From an uncultured Chloroflexia bacterium (lineage in GTDB: Bacteria; Chloroflexota; Anaerolineae; JAAEKA01), in the NCBI GenBank assembly GCA_963707275.1, contig CAVPPH010000009.1, positions 31,432 through 95,431 of the forward strand: 64,000 nucleotides of DNA. The letters run 5' to 3'. Below are positions 51,908 through 63,220 of the stretch, piece after piece. Numbering within the stretch: position 1 is the stretch's first letter; the number at the start of each line of letters is the position of its first letter. The translations under genes were made by a program, and so were the position numbers. The notes under the pieces are model-generated. The model worked only from the letters and a program-made list of their open reading frames with translations. It was not told the DNA's origin and did no database searches.

Positions 51908-54280
51908 CTACTGGCGGGCCATGGCGACGCGGAGCCGTTCTTCAGGGTCGATGAAGTGGTCGTGATCGTCCGTGCCTACGTCGAGCTGCACCCAGTGAAT
52001 CTTGCCGGTGAACTTGCTGCCGCTGTGGTATAGTCAGGGCTGACGGTCGTGCCGCTCTCATAGCCGATATCGGTCGTCTCATCGGCTGAGAAGACCAGGG
52101 GCTGTGTCGCAGCGACACGACCATTGCCTACCTGCTTGCCGTCGTAGTAGAGCGTGACATCCCCGCCCTTGGCGAGGCCGCCGCCATCATAGGCGAACTC
52201 CATGCGCACCTGGTGCTTGCCTTGTGGGATCGGCTCCGTAGCTTCGGTCGGAAATTCGTGAATGCCCAGTACGTTATAGGTGAACTTGAGCTTGCCATCT
52301 CTGGCATAGACGCTCCAGCCACCGAACCTGCCGCCCTGGGCGATGATCACGCCGTTCGCGGGCTTGCTGCCGATTTCAACTTCGGCGGTTACAGAGAAGG
52401 ACTTGTTCTTGATGCTGACCACGCTGTTCTCCGACAGGCGCCCCATGCCAGGGAAGAACAGTTGCGAATTGCCCTGGATCAGCGTCGGACGTCCGGCGAT
52501 TTCAGGCACCAGGCGTTCGGCCTGGCGATCATCCAGCGGGAGGACATTGTACTTGGTCGCCTCGATCAGGAATAGGCGTTGCAGCTTATGCAGCATATCG
52601 GGCATCTCTTTTGACAGGTCATGCGCCTGCGACCAGTCCTTACTGCCGTCGTACAACTCCCAGATATCATCGTCGAAGGCCAGCATCTTCTGCCCGACCA
52701 TTACCCACGGTGTACGATGCTTGGTGACAGCGCTCCAACCTTTGTAGTAAATGCCGCGATTGCCGAACATTTCGAAATATTGCAAATCGTGACGATCGGG
52801 CGCCGCCCCATCGTTGAAGCTGTAAAGCATGCTCGTGCCTTCCATAGGCGACTGCTGGACGCCATTGACAAAGGTGGGTTCGGGCAGCCCAGCCGCTTCC
52901 AGGATGGTCGGGGCCACGTCGATGACATGGCTGAACTGTGTGCGCAGTCCGCCCTTTTCCTGGATGCCCTTGGGCCAATGCACAATTGTGCCGTTGCGGG
53001 TGCCGCCCCAGTGTGAGGCGATTTGCTTTGTCCATTGGTACGGTGTGTCCATGGCCCACGCCCAGCCCACCGCATAATGGTTGTAGGACTCAGGCGAGCC
53101 GAACTCATCCATCTTGGACAACATGAACTCCGGCGTCTCCAGCGCGGCCATGCCGTTGAAGTTGGCCATTTCATTGAACGCGCCGTTCAAGGTGCCTTCG
53201 GCGCACGCACCGTTGTCGCCGATGATGCAGAAGATCAACGTGTCGTCCAGGATGCCAAGTCTTCGATGGCCGCGATCACCCGGCCCGCGTGATAGTCGGT
53301 ATGCTCCAGGAACCCGGCATATACTTCCATTTCACGTTCCAGCACGGGCTTGAGCTCGGCAGGCATGTCATCCCAGGCGGGAATTTCGGCGTGGCCGGGT
53401 CAGCTCGGCGTCTTGCGGGATGACGCCTAGTTCCTTTTGCTTGGCAAAGGTGATCTCACGCTGCTTGTCCCATCCGTGGCCAAATTGGCCTTTATACTTG
53501 TCGGCCCACTCCTTGGGCACATGATGTGGGGCATGGGTCGCGCCGGGGGAAAAATACACAAAGAACGGCTTGTCCGGCATCAATGCTTTCTGCTGGCGAA
53601 TCCAGTTCACTGCATGGTCAGCCAGGTCTTCGGTCAGGTGATACCCCTCCTCCGGGGTCGCCGGAGGCTCGACCGGGGTCAAACCCTCGTACAGCGCGGG
53701 GTCCCATTGGTTGTTCTCGCCGCCGATGAAAGCCGTAGAAGTATTCGAAGCCACCACCTCCCGCCGGCCAGTGTTCGAAACGGGACCCATCGGACTCGAC
53801 TCCCAGACGGGCACTTCATGGCATTTTCCAAACATGGCGGTGGAATAACCATTCAGTTTCAGGGTGAGTGCTATCGGCGCCTTGGTATTGGGCCGTAAGG
53901 AGTTTTGGCCAGGAGCCGATGTTGCTGTTTCAGTGATGTTACCCATGCCCACGGAGTGGTGGTTGCGGCCGGTCATCAGCGCTTGGCGCGTGAGGCGCAC
54001 ACAACGCTGTGGTGTGAAACCGGTTGTACTTCAGCCCGCCGCTGGCCAGTTTCTCGAAGTTGGGCGTGTAGCACGGACCGCCAAAGGCACTAGACGCCCC
54101 AAAGCCAACATCGTCCAGCAGGATGATCAAGACGTTGGGTGCGCCTTCTGGCGGTCGCAGGGGTTCGATGGGCGGAAACTTCGTATCCGGATCCTTGGCA
54201 TCGTACGTCGTCAACCCCGGTTTGGATACGTCGGGGATAGGCAAGTAGGCACGTAAATGTTTATCGGGTTGGTTTGGCAT
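51908..54280 (-). CDS. arylsulfatase; several frameshifts
   Basis: [23 protein letters not shown](T)[51 protein letters not shown]. Confidence 0.9.
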
Positions 54281-54409
54281 GTTCAAAATCTAGTCTCCTG
54301 TAGTCAATTGGTTGTGCTCGGCGGCCTGCATTTGCTGGCCAGCCGAAGTTGCTCCGCCGTTGACCAAGCGTATGGCCAACGTCGCTGGCTGTCGGGTCGT
54401 GTCCTCGCT

Positions 54410-55281
54410 TCATGCTGTCTTGCCAGCCGGTTTGGCGGTCTCGCTGCGCCTGCTCAGCAGCCTGGCGGTCGGCAGCAGAACCAACAGCAGGAGCAGGGCC
54501 GCCACCAGCACGAAGGGCAGTGTGTTGCCGCCCGGGAAATTCTGCACGCTCACCAGGATCACGGCCGAGACGTTGCGTTGCGCCGTACCCAGCCCCAGCG
54601 TGCTGCGTATCCCCGGGTCGCGGCCCCCCAGCAGCAGGCCGATTACCAGACAGGCGACGATGAAAATCAGCAGCGCCAGCAGTCCGTTGGAACCGATCAG
54701 GCTCAGAATGTTGGAGACGTTCAGGCCCAGCCCAACTACCAGCAGCAGCAGCATTGCCACCCCGGAGATCTTGTTCATCAGCGGCCCCAGTGAGCTGCGT
54801 CTTTTGCCGAATGCGATCGCACCAGCAGACCGATGGCCAGCGGGATCAGCATCAGCACGATCAGCGATTTGGCGATATCCCAGCCGCTGATCGAGGCGTC
54901 AGGCACCAGCAGCGGCAGGACGATGGGCAGGTAGATGATGGTCATCACCATCAGCAGCACCATCAGCCCGACGCCGAACGCGATATTGCCCTTCGCGCCC
55001 TGCACCAGCTTGGGCAGGAACGGCGCGCCGGCTGAGACGGCCAGAACGAGCAGCCCGATCTGCAGATCCTGTTCCAGCGGGATCACCAGGATGATCACGT
55101 AGGCGACCAGCGGCACCAGCACGAAGTTGGCCAGCAGTGCCAGCGCCACCAGCCGCACGTTTTTCAGCGGCTCGATGATCTGTGGCATGGTCAGGCTCAT
55201 GCCCATCGCCAGCATGCTGGTGACGATGAACAGCAGGCCCGATAGGCCACCGATAGCCTGGAAGAATTCTGTAGTGGTCAT
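54410..55281 (-). CDS. bile acid:Na+ symporter family transporter; frameshift near 54810
   Basis: MLAMGMSLT, LANFVLVP, AGAPFLPKL, GTAQRNVSA. Confidence 0.85.
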
Positions 55282-55303
55282 GGGTAACTTTCCAGCCGGA
55301 CAG

Positions 55304-56776
55304 CTAGATGCCGGTCTCGGCTTTGATCCTGCCGGACTTCGTCGCAGTCAATGAGCGCCTGGTAATCTCGCTCGTTTTGGTCAGCATAGGTCGCCGCGAA
55401 ATCGGCCAGAGCCTGGTCGAAAAGATCGGAGTCGCCAAGATAGGCCGTGATAGCGATGCTGTCGCCGGACTGGGCATCCGCGCGCGCCAGTGTCCAGCCG
55501 CACATCTTGCCGTACAGGTCAAGCTCGTTCGGCGTCATGACCTCCGTATTCAAAGAAAGCTTCCAATCCATCAGTTGCCGGATGTAGAAATCGCGCGCAA
55601 CATGATCGATCGTGTCCGGCACGTGATCCCAGCCCAGAAAAATGTCGCTGACAGCCTGCAAGAGCCGCTGGCCTTCCACGACCCGCCGGCCATGATCCTT
55701 GTACACGCTCTTGCCAAGGTGAGCCTCAAGCACCGAGGCCTGCGCTTCTTTGGCTTGCAAGAAGAGCGTGTCCTGCTCATCTCGCCCGACAAAGAGCATG
55801 ATCCAGCAAGACGCGAGCCGACGCTGCCGACGCCTACGACCTTGCGCGCTATGTCGACAACTTCGTATCTCTCCATCAAATGGCGCCGGTCACCCTGCAG
55901 GGTTTGGCGAAAATTGCGAATTAGGGTCCGAAACTCACGATCGAAGCCCGCCAGCTCAGTTTGCGCCAGAACTTCCGAGACTGGCACTACCAACGGCGGG
56001 CTACTCACTATTCCTAGCTTTCCATCCACTCGCCTCGCCAGTTTCTCGAAAGCGCGCGCGTTGTCGCGCTGATGCGCCATCGCAAAGTCCCGCGAGAACG
56101 CCTTGATTGTCTTTGGCTTGGCGGTTGCGCCCCAGCGCGCAACCATCCTGGCTTCATCCAGCAACGAATACCAGACCTCAAGGTTGCCCATGGCGGCAAA
56201 CTCTGCCATCGCACGCCGGTATTCCGCCACCGCAGTCAGGACAATCGAACGGCGTTCCTTTTTCTTGAACCCACGTTCTCGCCCGGCAACTTCGAAGCTG
56301 GCTGCCAGGCGCTTTACATCCCATTCCCACGGCCCGGGGAGAGTCTCGTCGAAATCGTTGATGTCAAACACCAGATCGCGCTCTGGCGAAGCAAAGCCGC
56401 CAAAGTTTGCCAGATGCGCATCACCACACAACTGCACGCGCAGTCCCGTATTGGGAGTCTGGGCGAGGTCGTTGGCCATGATGGCGGCTGCCCCACGGTA
56501 GAAAGCAAAGGCTGAAGCCAGCATGCGACCGTAGCGGATTGGCACGAGTTGCGGCACTCGGGTTTTGTCCTGGTCTTCGAGCAAGGCTACCGGGTCCGGT
56601 CGATCGGCAGGGGCATCCCAGACGGCCTGGTTGAGGCGCGGCGTATTCTTGCGCGCCGCTTTTCCTGTGGCGGCCCGCTCTTGCGGTGACAGGTAGCGGA
56701 CCTTGATGGGTTCCGAAACCGGGCTGTCCGAACTGCTCAGTGGCTGATCGGATATTTGCGTTGCGTTTTTGGTCAT
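55304..56776 (-). CDS. DUF2252 family protein; frameshifts near 55760 and 55350
   Basis: IRYGRMLASAFAFYRGAA, CGDAHLANFG, FDINDFDE...PWEWDVKRL, KVVGVGSVG, SDIFLGW, YIRQL.DWK. Confidence 0.9.
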
Positions 56777-56862
56777 AATGATTGGTTTGATTGGCGGTGG
56801 ACACGACGTCGACGCCGTATCCACCGCCAATCGCAGCGCGGCTGGACTGGTATCTTCAGCCG

Positions 56863-58569
56863 CTACTTGTCTGGATACGCCTTGCGGTAAGCAGCTACAA
56901 CATCCTCAAGGGTCTCAAAGATCGCATCCTTGCCGACGAGCTCAGTTACCTCAGAGCGATCCAGTTCCGCACGCACAAGGCTATCAATTTCTGCCAGCAC
57001 CAGCTTGACGTTTCGCTCCTTCAGCAATTTCACCATCTCCGTCAGCGTCGCCGCCGCCGAGAAGTCCACTTCGTCGATTGCAATGCCATCGAGGCACAGC
57101 CAGGCGAGCGGTGGATCAGCCTGAGTTGTCAGGTCGAGTACTTCCTGCGTGAAAAACTCTGCATTGGCGTAGTACATGCTGTGAGTGAAGCGGTATACCA
57201 CCAGGCCTGGGAGGATCTCAGCATGGCTGCTCACAGGCGCCGCTTTCAGCCGGCCAGCTTGATCGATTGCCAGGACTGAGTTCTTCGGCTTGTAGCCATG
57301 GCGGGTATGGACCAGAACTGAGAGAAGCATCGCCAGCAGGATGCCCTGCTCGACGCCGATAAAGACCACCACGGCGGCCGTGACCATAGCTACCCAGAAC
57401 TCCGCCGGACGCTGGGCAAGGATCTTGCGCATGCCCTTGACATCGACGAGCTCGATGCCGATCAAGAACACGACCGACGCCAACACCGCGTTCGGCATAT
57501 AGGCCAGTGGCTTGGTCAGGAACAACAGCACGATAAGAACGACCCCTGCCATGGTAAGCGTGGAGAGCTGGCTGTGCCCACCGGCGCTGTCAACCATTTG
57601 TGTCTTCGTGGGGCTGCCGTTGACCACAAATGTCCCTGACAACCCCGCGCCGATGTTCGCCAGGCCCAGACCAACCAGGTCAACGTTCTCGCTGAAGCTC
57701 TCGCTGTAGCGCGTGGCGTAGGCGCGTGAGGTGGCGGCACTCTGGGCCAGGATAACGATAAACATCGAAAAGGCTGTCCCTGCAAGCTGCCAAAGAATAG
57801 ACGGACTGAGCGTCTCCCCAGTGGGGAAACCGAGCTTCGGCAGGCCACCGGGTACTGTGCCCAGCACCGATACACCCTCCGCGGCAAAATCGAAGTAATA
57901 GCTGGCAGCTATCGCTCCGATCACGGCGATCAACGGTCCTGGGATTTTCTTGGAGATCATGCGGCTGCCGACAATGATCACCAGGACGGCAATCGAGATG
58001 CCAAGCGTCCAGACGTTTATCTGATCGATCTGTTGCAAGTCGGTAGCGAGCTTTTGGATCGGACCAGCCCCGCCACCGGGGATGCCGAGCATCCCGGAGA
58101 TTTGGCCGATCGCCACCTGGATACCGACGCCCGTCAGGAAGCCGATCAGCACCGTCCGTGATAGAAAATCCGCCAGGAAACCCAGCTTGATCAGGCGGGC
58201 AACAATCAGGAAGACAGCCGCCAGCAGCGCCAGGATGCCGGCGTAAGCGACGTATTCGGGCGACGCGGTCGCTGCCAATCCCACCAACCCCGCGGCCATG
58301 ATGGCTGCCGTCGCCAAATCCGCACCCACTACCAGGTGACGGGAAGAGCCGAACAGCGCAAAGAGGGCTGTGGGGATCAGGATCGTGTATAGGCCAGTTA
58401 CCACCGGCATGCCGGCGATCTTGGTGTAGCCCATCACTTCCGGGATGGCCAGGGCTGCCAGCGTGATGCCGGCGATGATATCGATAGGGATACGCGCGCT
58501 ATCAAGCGGCAGGATGCCCTGAAGAACCGGCAGGCGACGCTGCTTCACTGCAGGTTTTGCTACGGCCAT
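56863..58569 (-). CDS. SulP-family anion transporter with STAS domain
   Basis: AGITLAALAIPEVMGY, FLSRTVLIGFLTG, VNGSPTKT, C-terminal YRFTHSMYYANA STAS domain. Confidence 0.93.
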   Translation of the reverse strand: MAVAKPAVKQRRLPVLQGILPLDSARIPIDIIAGITLAALAIPEVMGYTKIAGMPVVTGLYTILIPTALFALFGSSRHLVVGADLATAAIMAAGLVGLAATASPEYVAYAGILALLAAVFLIVARLIKLGFLADFLSRTVLIGFLTGVGIQVAIGQISGMLGIPGGGAGPIQKLATDLQQIDQINVWTLGISIAVLVIIVGSRMISKKIPGPLIAVIGAIAASYYFDFAAEGVSVLGTVPGGLPKLGFPTGETLSPSILWQLAGTAFSMFIVILAQSAATSRAYATRYSESFSENVDLVGLGLANIGAGLSGTFVVNGSPTKTQMVDSAGGHSQLSTLTMAGVVLIVLLFLTKPLAYMPNAVLASVVFLIGIELVDVKGMRKILAQRPAEFWVAMVTAAVVVFIGVEQGILLAMLLSVLVHTRHGYKPKNSVLAIDQAGRLKAAPVSSHAEILPGLVVYRFTHSMYYANAEFFTQEVLDLTTQADPPLAWLCLDGIAIDEVDFSAAATLTEMVKLLKERNVKLVLAEIDSLVRAELDRSEVTELVGKDAIFETLEDVVAAYRKAYPDK

Positions 58570-58653
58570 TTGTTACTCCTTCCTCGCTGGAACTGCTCGC
58601 CGCTGCTGGTCTGCTTGAAGATGCCGCGGTCTGCTTGTTTGGACGCCTATACG

Positions 58654-58938
58654 CTAGGCGTCTGGATGGGTTTGGCCCGTTGTGTCGGACTTGATACTCA
58701 GGCACTCGACGGACAGCAGCGGCAAGCCCAGATCATACAACGTGTTCAGGACGCCAGAAACGGCAGCTTGATCCTGAAATTCGCCTGTCAGCTCTGTTAT
58801 CGACGTCTTGTCGGGCATGCTCTTCACGCTGATGGCAACTCCGTTCATGCGATCAGACCAGGTCGCGTCCAGATAGCCCTGGACACGAATCCTGTAGGCG
58901 GCCGCCGAGTCGATTGTCAGATTTCGACTAGCTGGCAT
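58654..58938 (-). CDS. small conserved hypothetical protein adjacent to the MalT-like regulator
   Basis: YRIRVQGYLDATWSD...TELTG...DQAAVSGVLNTLYDLGLPLLSV. Confidence 0.75.
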   Translation of the reverse strand: MPASRNLTIDSAAAYRIRVQGYLDATWSDRMNGVAISVKSMPDKTSITELTGEFQDQAAVSGVLNTLYDLGLPLLSVECLSIKSDTTGQTHPDA

Positions 58939-58990
58939 TGATAACCTCAATTCTCAGTGGCTCATGTCTAGAACAAGTGCGTCGGTCGGT

Positions 58991-59018
58991 GCTGGCACGG
59001 TCGGAGACCGGCTCGAGC
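58991..59018. repeat. GGTCGGAGACCGG element copy
   Basis: gctggcacggtcggagaccggctcgagc. Confidence 0.65.
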
Positions 59019-59313
59019 ACGTGTACTGAACATGAGCCTTCTCAGTGTGCAGGGCTTGGAATCGCGCTGCATGCATCTTGCGCCCAGCGGACAGCAACTC
59101 CTTCCTGCTGTTTTAACTAATCGCGAGAATATCACAGGAAGTGGGAGGTGCACAGGCCAAATAGTATGCAAAAAGGTTGCATGGCGCAAGAGGCCGCCAG
59201 GATCTTGTGCCATTTGAACCGATTCTCGTCACCTTCAATCTGCCGATCTAGCGCAGAGCGAGCCGTGAGACAGCGCGGGTTGTCTTGTCAGCAAACAACT
59301 GGCTGAACCGAGG

Positions 59314-62097
59314 TTACAAGTGTCCCCGAGGGAGGGGGTCGGGGAGGATGCCAAGAAGGGCGGCTGATGCGACGGCCTGCTGGCGGCTGTTGACGCCCAG
59401 CTTCTGGTAGATGTTGGCGGTGTGACGCTTGACCGTCCGCTCGGAGATGAACAGGCTGCTGCCAATCTCTTTGGCTGTCAACCGTTGCGCCAGCATCTCG
59501 AGGACTTCCATCTCGCGGTTGGTCAGCGGTTCGATGAGCGCCACCTGGTTGGCGACCACCGGAGATGTTGTAGATCAGATTGATCGCCTTGGATGTCGGC
59601 AGGGGGGAATGCCTGCAGTATCTTTGCGATGAAATCGGATGCGCCGCTTTGCCTGCTCAGCAGGCGTCAGTCAGATCGGCCATTTGTGGGCCAAGGTCCA
59701 CAAAGACGCGCAGGACGCCGCCTGGTTCTGCCAGACTCCAGCGCCTGCTGAAGAGCGACAGCGCTTCGGTCCTGCTGCCTTTTGCGTCTTCCAGCATGGC
59801 CCGCAATGCCCGTCACTTCGACGGCCCAGCGTATGTTGTTGGATCTGTCGGCGTAACTCCATAGACGATCAAGCAGTTCGTCTGCTTCGCGCAGGCTTTG
59901 CTGCGTATCTCTGGCTCACAAGGATCTTGCGCCAACACCAGTTCCTTGGCATGAAAGACCACCAAGGGCGCCATGATCGCGTTGCGATCGACCGCGCGGC
60001 CCATCGGTTCGCCTCAGCATGGCGCCCCTGTTTCAGACGCCAGCCACGCGCGGAAAGCGTCCGCGTCCCAGGCCACGCGCAGGTTGTTTACTTCGAGTGC
60101 ATACACTGCCAATGAATCGACAATCTCGCGCGCCTGATCGAAGTCGCCGCGCGCCGCATAGACCTTGACGCCAGCCCGAAAACGCTTTGGGAATATGGCG
60201 CCATGTGGGAGACGTAGGGCTGGCTGGTCACGCGCAGTAAAGTCACGCTCCGCGGTCGTCAGATCATTGGCTTGATAGGCGGCAAATCCGCGGAAGGCGC
60301 GCGCCCACCCGATGCTTTCGGTCAGGCCGCGTTCGGTTGGAAACATCGATCATATGCGTGGCAACCTGGCGAAGTTCGCGCAGATCGGCGCTCATCCAGT
60401 TGAGTACACACAGGCCGATCAACACGCGCCCGGGGAAGGAGTTGCCGTGCAAAGCATCTTCTTTCAAGCCTTCGTAGAGGATATCGCGGCTGCGGCTGGT
60501 CTCGCCTTTCGCCAGGAAACCGCCCGCATAGTACATCCAGGCCAGCGAGCGCGCACTGGAAGCCTCAATTGGTAACACGTCGAGGGCCTGTTTGGCCAGG
60601 GCGCGAGATCGTGTCGCCGCTCTTGAGCGTGTAGAAACTCAGCATGCTGCGCAAAGCGTCGGTTTCGCCGCGCAGGAAGCGCGCATCGCTCACCGCTGTG
60701 TTCGAGTTCGATAAGGGCGTCGATGCGTTCGAGAAGTGCCGGTAAGTCAGAGAAGCGCCACAGACGTTGCAATTTCCATACTTCCAGCAACAGGAGTTCA
60801 GGCTGTTCGTCGATCAGTCGCCGTGGCAACATACGCAGCCAGCGGTCGATCTGCTGCCACTGCTCCCGGTTCATTGCGTCGTAACGATGGGTCGCGACAA
60901 CTCGCATGGCTGCCAACTCATCGCCTGCTGCCAGTGCATGGACGATGCTTTCATCGACGAGGTTGTTCTCGGCGTACCAGGCGCTGGCTCGCCGGTGAAG
61001 ATCGGCTATTTGCTCCTTGTCATATTGGCGTTGCAGCCGGTTTTGTAGCAGCATTTGGAACAGGTGATGGTAGCGGTACCACTCCTGCTGGCTGTCAAGC
61101 GCGATCACAAACAAGTTGCTTCGCTCGAGCCATTCCAGGTGGGCGCGTCCGTCGCACACCTGGTCGCCCAGCAGGGTAACGGCATCGCACAACGGGCCGC
61201 TCAACTGATCAAGCACCGATGTTTTGACCAGAAACTCCTGAACCTCTGCAGACTGCTGCGAGAGCACCTCGTCCATCAGATAGTCCATGATGTTGCGGTC
61301 ACTGGCCGCAAAGCTTGACACAAACTCTTCTGAATCCACTGCCGCCCGCAGGTTGAGGACGGCCAGGTGCAGGCCGGTGATCCACCCTTCGGTCTTGTCT
61401 GCCAGCGAGGTCACCACATCGTTGCTGATGGGCTGGCTGGTGGCGCGTTCCAGGTATTCCTTGGTTTCCTCCGCGGAAAAGCGCAGATCGTGGCGGCGAA
61501 TCTCTGATCATCTTGCCGCGGGCACGCAGATTGGCCAGTGGCAGTGCGGGGGCGCTGCGAGTTGCCAACACCAGCCGCATTGTCTGGGACGGATGGCGCA
61601 GAAGCTCGATCAACAGCGTATTGACTTCCTGGCCCGCGATCAGGTGATAGTCGTCCAGCACCAGCACGAAGCTCTTCTCAGAAGCCAAAACCGGATCGCC
61701 CCGTAATGCTTCGATATCGTTGATCAACGTGCCGACCAGGATTTGTTTTGGCGGCAGTTCGAGCGGCCCGAAGCACGGCCAGAGTCTGTTCACAGGCGTC
61801 GGGAACAATGGTGCGAATGGCGGCGATGAAGTAAGTCAGGAAGGTGCCAAGGTCGCTGTCGCCCTTGTCCAGCGAGATCCATGCGTTGGGACAGGGGCAT
61901 GAGTCCAGCCAGTCAGCCAGGAGCGTGGTCTTGCCTGAGCCGGCGGGAGCCATGACAAGGGTCAACGGCAGATTACGCCCCTGGTTAAGCAGATCGGTCA
62001 GGCGCTGGCGTCTGACCACCGTGCGGGTAACAGCGGGTCGATATAGCTTCGTTTGTATGAGATTGGGGGGAGCTTGAGTGGTTTTGGTTGTGGCCAC
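59314..62097 (-). CDS. MalT-like ATP-dependent LuxR-family regulator; several frameshifts
   Basis: [45 protein letters not shown]-like [11 protein letters not shown] region, LTNREMEVL...[13 protein letters not shown]. Confidence 0.9.
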
Positions 62098-62500
62098 CGT
62101 CGATCAATGCTCGTCTTGGGCTGTACAACTCATCACATTTCGGAGGAAATACTCGCCATGTCTACCAGAATGGAACGGATACATTATAGTCCAACATAGT
62201 CCAGTGCGTGAATTGGGACAGGCAGTGTTCGCGGATGACGCAAAATCTACTCAGGGCGTGACTCTTGCGGGTTCCAATAGCACAGTCTGTCGACAACGAG
62301 GCAATCAACGCGAAAAGTATGTCTGCATCCTTTTTGCATCCTTTTGTACCTGTCAGATTTTGCGCATTCTGCATACTATAGAAACAGTAATCGCGCTGTG
62401 GGTTAACTGTTTTATCGCGTGCTCGGCTCGCCTAGCATGGTAATTCGGTTTTGTCCGCACGAAAATCAAATCACCAACCTCAAACTAAGGAGAAATTTCC

Positions 62501-63028
62501 ATGAGTAAAAAGACCCCCGCAAGCATCGTAGTAGCAGTTTTCGACAACGAACCAGCAGCAAAGGCGGCCCTGGGCCAGGTTAAGGCTGCGAAGAAGGAAC
62601 TTGGCTTGCGCGACGCGGCGATTGTTTACCGCGATGGCGACAAGATCAAGGTCAAGGAGACCAAGGACATGGGCGGCGGCGAGGGCGCAGTCATCGGCGG
62701 CGTCATTGCAGGCATCGCCACCGGCGGTCTGTCCATTCTAGGCGGCGCGTTGATCGGCGGCCTGATTGCCAAGGGCCACGATGCCCACCTGCCTGACAAG
62801 GAAATGAAGGCGCTGCTCGCGGCTCTGCCCGAGGGTTCCAACGCCGTTCTGGCTATCGTCGATGAGGCCTCCAGCAAGGCAGCGACTGACATGCTTAGCA
62901 GCGCTGGCGCTACCGCCACCACCCTCAGCCTGGATGCTGATACTGCCGCTCGTTTGGGCGCCGTCGCTGTGGCAGCCGACGCTCCTGCAGCCGACGCTCC
63001 CGCAGCCGACGCTCCTGCAGCGGCATAA
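62501..63028 (+). CDS. DUF1269-family protein with ADAPA tail repeats
   Basis: VVAVFDNE..A, GGGEGAVIGGVIAG glycine zipper, LPEGSNAVL; three copies of gccgacgctcc(t/c)gca; RBS AAGGAG. Confidence 0.8.
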   Translation: MSKKTPASIVVAVFDNEPAAKAALGQVKAAKKELGLRDAAIVYRDGDKIKVKETKDMGGGEGAVIGGVIAGIATGGLSILGGALIGGLIAKGHDAHLPDKEMKALLAALPEGSNAVLAIVDEASSKAATDMLSSAGATATTLSLDADTAARLGAVAVAADAPAADAPAADAPAAA

Positions 63029-63220
63029 CAGCTTGGCAAGAACCGGGTAAATGGGCGACAAAGCGCCCATCCGGGAATTACATCTATATCTGCAATGGTA
63101 TGCAAGCGACATGGGTGCCGAAGCATTGGCCTTCGACGCCCATGTCGTGTATAATAACATAAGTCGCTGTTCAATGGGGCAGCAGCAAACGAAATACACC
63201 TATGAGAGGAGTACGTCACA

